A stretch of DNA of 64,000 bases from a bacterium (GTDB lineage Bacteria > Fidelibacterota > Fidelibacteria > Fidelibacterales > Fidelibacteraceae). Made by a program: the position numbers and the translations under genes. This document shows, one piece after another, positions 58,114 through 64,000 of the stretch. Numbering within the stretch: position 1 is the first letter of the stretch; every line of letters begins with the position of its first letter. The notes beneath the pieces are model-generated. The model worked only from the letters and a program-made list of their open reading frames with translations. It did not search any database and was not told the origin of the DNA. Where the stretch lies: positions 1,792,001-1,856,000 of the forward strand of contig OY781066.1 of NCBI GenBank assembly GCA_963676395.1, read 5' to 3'.

Positions 58114-60057
58114 CTAAGAGTTTTTAATCATTTGTAGTAAGCCGCCCTCAAGAATGAGTCGTTGTGCAGCTTTACCGAGAGGATTGAAAGTATATTGTTT
58201 ATCCGCCACTTTTATTAATGCTATCTTGAAATCCACTATGATATCCAGTCCTGTGACAATGGTTAAACCTGTTTTATATGCTTCACAAAGATCATTGATG
58301 AGTTCAGGGCATTCGATAACGATAAAACCATTGTTTATGGCATTACGTTTGTATGTTTCGGAAAATGACCCTGCGATTACCATTTGTATACCTTTATGCA
58401 AGAATGCTGTGGCTGCCTGCTCACGCGAGGAACCGGTACCAAAGTTGAAACCACCTGCCAGAATATCACCTTTTTGTGTGATATTTACGAATTCAGGATC
58501 ATAATTTTCCATGACCACTTCGGCTTGCTCGGCACCTGTCATAGCATCATTATATGTGTATTTACCAGGGTAAATTCCATCGGTATTCAAGTTGTTTTCA
58601 GGACAATAGATTAAGCGACCTTCTATTTTTTCGGGGAAACCGGCAAGAATACTGGTTTTGCTGTTTTTAATTTTCTTGGGAGCTTCTGCAATATCGCAGA
58701 CCGGCGCGTGAAGTGTTGCTTCGGCGACGATGTAACCTTCCACAGCCGACATGGCGACGGTAAGGGGAGAGCCAAGATAAGCTTCAGAATCTTTCGCACC
58801 CATACGACCTTTAAAGTTCCGATTGGTTGCAGAAATAGCCACTTCGCCGGATTCAAGCAGACCTTTACCAAGTCCGATACACATGCCGCAACCGGGAGGC
58901 AGTTCAATGGCGCCGGCTTCGAGTAATGTCGTCCAGTGACCTTCTTTTTCGAGTTTTTCCTGGATCTCTTTCGAGGCACATCCTACATAAAATTCAACGC
59001 CATCGGCAACTTTTTTGCCTTTAATATAATCGGCAGCCGTAACCATATCTTCATAGCGACCATTCACGCAAGAAACCAGATAGGCTTTGTTAATGGGAAT
59101 ACGTTTATTATTCATTTCTTCTGCAGAATACATAAGCTTTACACCGTGCGGTCCTGAGATGATAGGTGAAATGCTACTGACATCCAGAGTAAGCGTTTTA
59201 GCGTAGTAGGCATCGGCATCCGCTTCAAGAGGATTTGTTTTTAATTCTTTAATGTTATCATCATTGATACGAGGATGAATACTAAGACCTTTGTCTGATT
59301 CAACACCCATGAGCCCGCGAACTTTAATATCGGCATTGCGTTTATCGTACCAGGCCAGAGTAAGCGCATCAACCGGGAAAAGTCCGACTAAAGCACCCCA
59401 TTCGGTGGTCATATTGGCAATAGTCATGCGCTGTTCGATACTGATATGCTTTAGGGCATCACCTTCGAATTCCAAGGCATGGTTTAGGACTTCATCTTTA
59501 GCGAAGAGTCCACAAAGAGCCAGAGCAATATCTTTACCGCTAACACCTTCGGCAGGTTTGCCGTTTAAAATAATCTTTGCAATAGGTGGAATTTGCCACC
59601 ATGTTTCACCTGTAACCCAAAGTCCGGCGGCATCGGTACGAACGATAGGAGTGCCCAAACAACCCAAACCACCATACATATTGGAGTGTGAATCAGAGGC
59701 AACTGCCAGAGTATTAGGAAAGGCATATCCCTCGTCACACATTATTTGATGACCGATACCCGTTTTTGCCGGATAAAAATCAATACCGTATTTCTTGGCA
59801 AAAGCTTCAATTTTAGCATACTTGGCCAGATTTTTTTCATCGGTACTTTGGACATTATGATCCAATGCATAGACCGGTTGGCGGGGATCATTGATCGTCA
59901 TTTTTCCAATTTCATTAAATTTGGGAATGACTGCACCTGTGTTATCGTGAGTTAAAACATGTTTTGGGCGGATCATAACATAATCGCCACTATGAACTTT
60001 ATCTTCGTGTCCAATAACAAATCGCTGTACGATCTTCTCGATCCTGGTTTGTTGCAT
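58114..60057 (-). CDS. lysF: Single-chain homoaconitase-like aconitase-family enzyme
   Basis: HDNT, GIGHQ, ASDSHSNMYG, CVNGR, CGMCIG, ATNRNFKGRMG, fused swivel domain NTDGIYPGKY..GTGSSREQA. Confidence 0.8.
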   Translation of the reverse strand: MQQTRIEKIVQRFVIGHEDKVHSGDYVMIRPKHVLTHDNTGAVIPKFNEIGKMTINDPRQPVYALDHNVQSTDEKNLAKYAKIEAFAKKYGIDFYPAKTGIGHQIMCDEGYAFPNTLAVASDSHSNMYGGLGCLGTPIVRTDAAGLWVTGETWWQIPPIAKIILNGKPAEGVSGKDIALALCGLFAKDEVLNHALEFEGDALKHISIEQRMTIANMTTEWGALVGLFPVDALTLAWYDKRNADIKVRGLMGVESDKGLSIHPRINDDNIKELKTNPLEADADAYYAKTLTLDVSSISPIISGPHGVKLMYSAEEMNNKRIPINKAYLVSCVNGRYEDMVTAADYIKGKKVADGVEFYVGCASKEIQEKLEKEGHWTTLLEAGAIELPPGCGMCIGLGKGLLESGEVAISATNRNFKGRMGAKDSEAYLGSPLTVAMSAVEGYIVAEATLHAPVCDIAEAPKKIKNSKTSILAGFPEKIEGRLIYCPENNLNTDGIYPGKYTYNDAMTGAEQAEVVMENYDPEFVNITQKGDILAGGFNFGTGSSREQAATAFLHKGIQMVIAGSFSETYKRNAINNGFIVIECPELINDLCEAYKTGLTIVTGLDIIVDFKIALIKVADKQYTFNPLGKAAQRLILEGGLLQMIKNS

Positions 60058-60277
60058 ATGCTTAGTCTCCAATATTAATGCTTTAATAATAGGGAAAATG
60101 AGAATAAAATTCCATAAAAAACGCTAAGAATACTTCATGCGAAGAGAAGGTGAAAATAAACAAAGGCACACTGCTTTACACGAAGTCACAAAGGGATCAA
60201 TTACAAAATTTGATTATAAGTATGTAATATTTGATTCGGATATTTTAAGCACTGAGTAAATTTGTGGGAGATAATAC

Positions 60278-60297
60278 AAAACCCCGATTCCGGGGTT
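60278..60297 (-). terminator. Putative terminator after tRNA-Lys
   Basis: aaccccg-attc-cggggtt with an A-run on its left. Confidence 0.6.
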
Positions 60298-60302
60298 CTT
60301 AG

Positions 60303-60375
60303 TGAGTGCGGAAGGATTCGAACCTTCGACCAACGGCTTAAAAGGCCGCTGCTCTACCGACTGAGCTACGCACCC
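60303..60375 (-). tRNA. tRNA-Lys (TTT)
   Basis: Reverse complement GGGTGCGTAGCTCAGTCGGTAGAGCAGCGGCCTTTTAAGCCGTTGGTCGAAGGTTCGAATCCTTCCGCACTCA. Confidence 0.95.
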
Positions 60376-60391
60376 GTCTCAAAAGCCCAAA

Positions 60392-60420
60392 AGTATAAGT
60401 AAAATAGATTGTGAATGCAA
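60392..60420 (-). promoter_or_regulatory. Sigma70-type promoter of tRNA-Lys
   Basis: Minus strand reads TTGCAT-17 bp-TATACT. Confidence 0.7.
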
Positions 60421-60477
60421 TAGAATTTTTAAAAAAGTGTAGCGTAAATCGTGAGTCCATAGTTGGAATGCAAATTG

Positions 60478-60560
60478 AACCGACATCCAAGCGACTCGGT
60501 TTCAAAAGGCTTCAACCGCCTCGGTTGAGTATACCTCGAACCGAGGCGGTTCAAGTCGCT
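60478..60560. repeat. REP-like cluster (AACCGACTCGGTT family), copy 3
   Basis: aagcgact..aaccgcctcggtt..aaccgaggcggtt..agtcgctt nested inverted repeat. Confidence 0.7.
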
Positions 60561-60605
60561 TAGATAGACCGTTGTTCATTTAAATAAAATTTCGTATCTT
60601 CCACC

Positions 60606-61130
60606 ATGAAAGTACAAGCAACACCCAAGGTAAAGCTCATTATCGGGTTGATATATTCGCAGCAGAGCGATCTTCGTGCCTGTGAGGTGCATTTACAAAA
60701 AGTATTTGGTACCATTGAGAGCATTAGTCCCGAATATGATTTTGATATTACGGACTATTATGAGCCTGAAATGGGAAAGGATCTAAAACGTCGATTTATT
60801 TCCTTCGAGCATCTGATCGATGCTAATGAGATCGCCGAAGTAAAACGTTTGAGTAATATAATTGAGCTGGATTATGTCAAAGAGGCCGGTCGTAGCATTA
60901 ATCTTGATCCGGGATACCTTGATATGGATAAATTTGTGCTGGCTTCGGCTAAGTATGGTAGACAAAAAATATATCTCGATAAAGGGATTTATGCGGATCC
61001 AACGCTTTATTTTTACAAGAAAGCGTTTCATGCCTATGAGTGGAGCTTTCCGGATTTTTCAAAAGGTATTTATAACGATTATTTTATAAACATTCGCAGA
61101 TATTATAAACAACAGATCAAATCATTATGA
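60606..61130 (+). CDS. DUF4416 family protein
   Basis: TDYYEPEMG..LKR, INLDPGY, IYL.KGIYA, WSFPDF. Confidence 0.85.
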   Translation: MKVQATPKVKLIIGLIYSQQSDLRACEVHLQKVFGTIESISPEYDFDITDYYEPEMGKDLKRRFISFEHLIDANEIAEVKRLSNIIELDYVKEAGRSINLDPGYLDMDKFVLASAKYGRQKIYLDKGIYADPTLYFYKKAFHAYEWSFPDFSKGIYNDYFINIRRYYKQQIKSL

Positions 61131-61855
61131 TCATACTTTACATACTATTAGGTATTTTCTTATTTCTTTTGCTTTTGTTGGCAATGTTTCTTTTTGTACC
61201 CACAAAAATCTGTATGCAAGGTTCCTTTTGGGATGGAGAAATCAATGCTAAACTCGATGCTTATTGGATCAAGTACGTATTTGGCATGCGCATTCGACTT
61301 CTTGATATGGAAAAGCTGAAGATTATTGTTTGGTTTCTCGCTATTCCAATTCCTTTTTCTCTTCCTTTCAAGAATGCTAAAGCTCAGGACGATTTAAACA
61401 ATAAGGCTAAGATTAAGGAAGACGTAAAGGTTCAAGATAAGGTCGAAGAAGATGAGATGATCTCCATTGAAGAAGAAGAGTCTGAAAAAAAACCTGATGA
61501 TAAGAAAAGTTTGAGAGAAAAACTTGAAGATATTCTTCAAATTAAAGATACGCTGATTGCATTTATTCGCAAGAATTGGTCCGATATTAAGAAAATATTT
61601 GTGACCTACATCACATTTTCTATAGAACATTTAGACCTGAATCTTGGAATGGGAGATCCTGCGCAAACAGGAAAAATGGCGGGAAACCTTTATACTGCCT
61701 TGACTTTTATACCGGTTAAGCGTGTAAACCTTTCTTGGGATTTTACAAAAGCATGTTTTAATATTGATGCAAGCATAAAAATTATAATGAAGTTTTATGG
61801 AATTCTTCTTACATTACTAAAACTTTACAGATCTTACAAAAGGGAAGTAAAATGA
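61127..61855 (+). CDS. DUF2953-like membrane protein
   Basis: N-terminal TM, LGMGDPAQTG..AG motif, directly upstream of a YtfJ gene. Confidence 0.7.
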   Translation: MIILYILLGIFLFLLLLLAMFLFVPTKICMQGSFWDGEINAKLDAYWIKYVFGMRIRLLDMEKLKIIVWFLAIPIPFSLPFKNAKAQDDLNNKAKIKEDVKVQDKVEEDEMISIEEEESEKKPDDKKSLREKLEDILQIKDTLIAFIRKNWSDIKKIFVTYITFSIEHLDLNLGMGDPAQTGKMAGNLYTALTFIPVKRVNLSWDFTKACFNIDASIKIIMKFYGILLTLLKLYRSYKREVK

Positions 61856-62199
61856 CATTTAACGATACTCTGGCCACCTTGTTAGACAAGGTGAAAACAC
61901 TAGCAAAAACCGAAACCGTTGTAGGCGATCCAATTGTCGTTAAGGATACAACATTGATCCCGATCTCTAAGGTCAGTGTTGGCTTTGCCACGGGTGGGGG
62001 AGAACATGCCGTGGAATCTCGTAAAAGCGGTGGTGATGCGGCCGGAGGGGGCATAACGATCACTCCCATGTGTGTTGTTGTAATTACAGAGGGAAAAGAT
62101 TCCAAATTGCTTTGGTTGGAAAAAGACGATAATTCATTTAATAAACTTTTGGATCTCGTCCCCGGTATTATGGATCGTATTGTCCCGCAAGAAAAGTAA
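61852..62199 (+). CDS. GerW/YtfJ family protein
   Basis: TVVGDPI...LIPISKVSVGFATGG...GGGITITP. Confidence 0.88.
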   Translation: MTFNDTLATLLDKVKTLAKTETVVGDPIVVKDTTLIPISKVSVGFATGGGEHAVESRKSGGDAAGGGITITPMCVVVITEGKDSKLLWLEKDDNSFNKLLDLVPGIMDRIVPQEK

Positions 62200-62209
62200 A
62201 GGGACGAAG

Positions 62210-62887
62210 ATGACATGCCTGCTTGAAGAATTTCCATTATTTGATGGTATCAGCACCTCGGTTTTAAATCAGATTTCGGAAAAGACTACCATAACAAAAG
62301 CTAAACTAAACACACTTATTATTCATGAAAATTCAATGAATGAGTATGTGTATTTTATCAAGAAAGGTGAAGTTTGCGTTTATCGTGAAGATAAAAACAA
62401 AGAAAAGATCGTACTGGCTATTTTGAGTGAAGGTGATTTCTTTGGTGAGATGTCCGTATTGGAAAACTACGAAGCATCTGCAAGTGTTATGACCACTCAG
62501 TCATGTGAATTTATAGCATTTCATGACAGATATTTCATCAGGATCATGAAACGATATCCAAAGATCGCTTCCAAATTATTCTCATATATGTCACAAAGGA
62601 TCCGCCATTGTGATGAAAGCATTAAAACATTAAGTAAATCGCAATGTGGGGATAGAATAGCCGCAGTCATTATTCATCTGGCAGAAAAAAGCGGTTACAG
62701 AAGAAAAGATTCAGTGATTATAAAACGATTACCATACAATTATAATATAGCCTCATTAGCCGGTACCACACGAGAGAGTGTTTGCCGGACTTTTAGCATT
62801 CTTGAAGAAAATGAATACATTACAAGGAATGGCAGAGAGCTGGTGATTAACGATTATCCAAGATTTTACGAAAAGTATTCAACATGA
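62210..62887 (+). CDS. Crp/Fnr family transcriptional regulator
   Basis: cNMP domain GDFFGEMS..SASV and HTH IASLAGTTRESVCR. Confidence 0.9.
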   Translation: MTCLLEEFPLFDGISTSVLNQISEKTTITKAKLNTLIIHENSMNEYVYFIKKGEVCVYREDKNKEKIVLAILSEGDFFGEMSVLENYEASASVMTTQSCEFIAFHDRYFIRIMKRYPKIASKLFSYMSQRIRHCDESIKTLSKSQCGDRIAAVIIHLAEKSGYRRKDSVIIKRLPYNYNIASLAGTTRESVCRTFSILEENEYITRNGRELVINDYPRFYEKYST

Positions 62888-63819
62888 CAAATTTACCATA
62901 TGCCCGCAGAGGTTTTCACTATAATAATTATACATATTATCTGCAAGATCGCTTTGGTGGTCGTGTACAGCGTGTTGCCATCGAAGGCGGTTTTACCTGT
63001 CCCAATCGTGATGGCAGCAAGGGAATAGGCGGTTGCATTTATTGCAATTCGGCATCATTTTCTCCACCCTATTCAGATAGCAAATATTCTATCGCAAGGC
63101 AGCTGGAAGAAGGGACAAAATTTCTATCCGGTCGTTTTGGTGCCCAAAAATTTATTGCCTATTTTCAAAATCGGACCAATACCTATGCAGCATTGAAAAA
63201 ACTGGAATCCATGTATCGCGAAGCGCTGGAACATCCACAAGTGGTTGGACTTTCGGTATCGACTCGTCCCGATTGTGTAGATGATGATGTGCTTTCACTG
63301 TTAGCTGATATCAATAAAGACTATGATGTTAACTTGGAGCTTGGCTTGGAATCCCTAAAAGACGAATCTTTGCAATGGATGAATCGTTGTCACAGCATGG
63401 ATGACAGTCGCAAAGCACTGGCACTGGCTGAAAAGCACGGGCTGGATGTCACGGCTCACCTTATCCTAGGTCTTCCCACGGAAACCCGGGAAGAGATGTT
63501 TGAGCAGATCAATGAGATCAATGTGTTGCCGATCAAATTCTTAAAACTGCATCATTTGCAGGTGGTCGAGAACACCCGACTGGCCGAAGTCTACGCAAAA
63601 GAACCTTTTAAATTATTCGATTATCGTGAATATATTGAATTCGTTGCAGATTACATTTCTCGTTTACGCCCCGGATTAATTTTACAACGTGTGCTTTCAT
63701 CCTCTCCTGATGAATGCCTTGTTGCCCCCAAATGGCCACATACCACCACTGCTTTTATGATGGATTTGCAGAAGTATATGAGGGAGAGTGAATTGTTTCA
63801 AGGTGATAAGTACAATTAA
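62884..63819 (+). CDS. TIGR01212 (YhcC-like) radical SAM protein
   Basis: FTCPNRDG..G.GGCIYC, YFQ..TNTY, TRPDC, KLHHL. Confidence 0.9.
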   Translation: MTNLPYARRGFHYNNYTYYLQDRFGGRVQRVAIEGGFTCPNRDGSKGIGGCIYCNSASFSPPYSDSKYSIARQLEEGTKFLSGRFGAQKFIAYFQNRTNTYAALKKLESMYREALEHPQVVGLSVSTRPDCVDDDVLSLLADINKDYDVNLELGLESLKDESLQWMNRCHSMDDSRKALALAEKHGLDVTAHLILGLPTETREEMFEQINEINVLPIKFLKLHHLQVVENTRLAEVYAKEPFKLFDYREYIEFVADYISRLRPGLILQRVLSSSPDECLVAPKWPHTTTAFMMDLQKYMRESELFQGDKYN

Positions 63820-64000
63820 ATCTTGAATTGGGTTTATAATTTATTTTTGACTTAAGTGTTTCTAGTCATAATACCAAGGCTACTCACAAGCAAAAGAGGT
63901 ATAACTTGCAAGAATTTGTGTATTTTATTGCGAGTTAAACTATCGCTTGTGATACTCTATCATAATTAATAAATTTTTCTGCTTAGTATTAATAAAAATG

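Noticed and set aside
60303..60600. tRNA-anchored prophage or genomic island
   Set aside because: No integrase, no duplicated tRNA 3' end seen, and the flanking genes are ordinary chromosomal genes.
61852..62199. Evidence for sporulation from YtfJ/GerW and the SPOR protein
   Set aside because: Both families are widespread in non-sporulating bacteria, and no other sporulation genes are present.

Overview
AT-rich bacterial chromosomal window. Sigma70-type promoters, AGGAG ribosome-binding sites and the gene content (DUF2723, fused homoaconitase, DUF4416/DUF2953/YtfJ) suggest an FCB-related, non-Bacteroidota lineage such as Marinimicrobia; this is inference. Most of the window is housekeeping: typA, three tRNAs, dsbD, sdhDCAB-prpD, PMM/PGM, ptsH/ptsI, rnc-rpmF-yceD, ndk, lon, dusB, recG, gpmI and lysF. 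The standout region is 39.76-48.9 kb, an integron-like array of seven co-oriented single-gene cassettes. Each is followed by an imperfect palindrome with attC architecture (...AAC...GTT..., mostly 120-130 bp), and no integrase lies next to the array. The end boxes of several cassettes match each other, as expected for circularly excised and re-integrated cassettes. The three promoter-proximal cassettes look like anti-phage genes with unusual architectures: TIR + PLD-like domain, DNA-binding domain + GIY-YIG, and Mrr-type nuclease + TOPRIM. Other points of interest are a REP-flanked HUH (RAYT-like) transposase inside a CDP-3,6-dideoxyhexose operon coupled to a TMEM260/DUF2723 transferase, an exported protein with an ACP-like domain, an ArcE/cDPGS-like P-loop enzyme, and several REP-like repeat families. 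Protein calls come from motif recognition only; no database searches were run.
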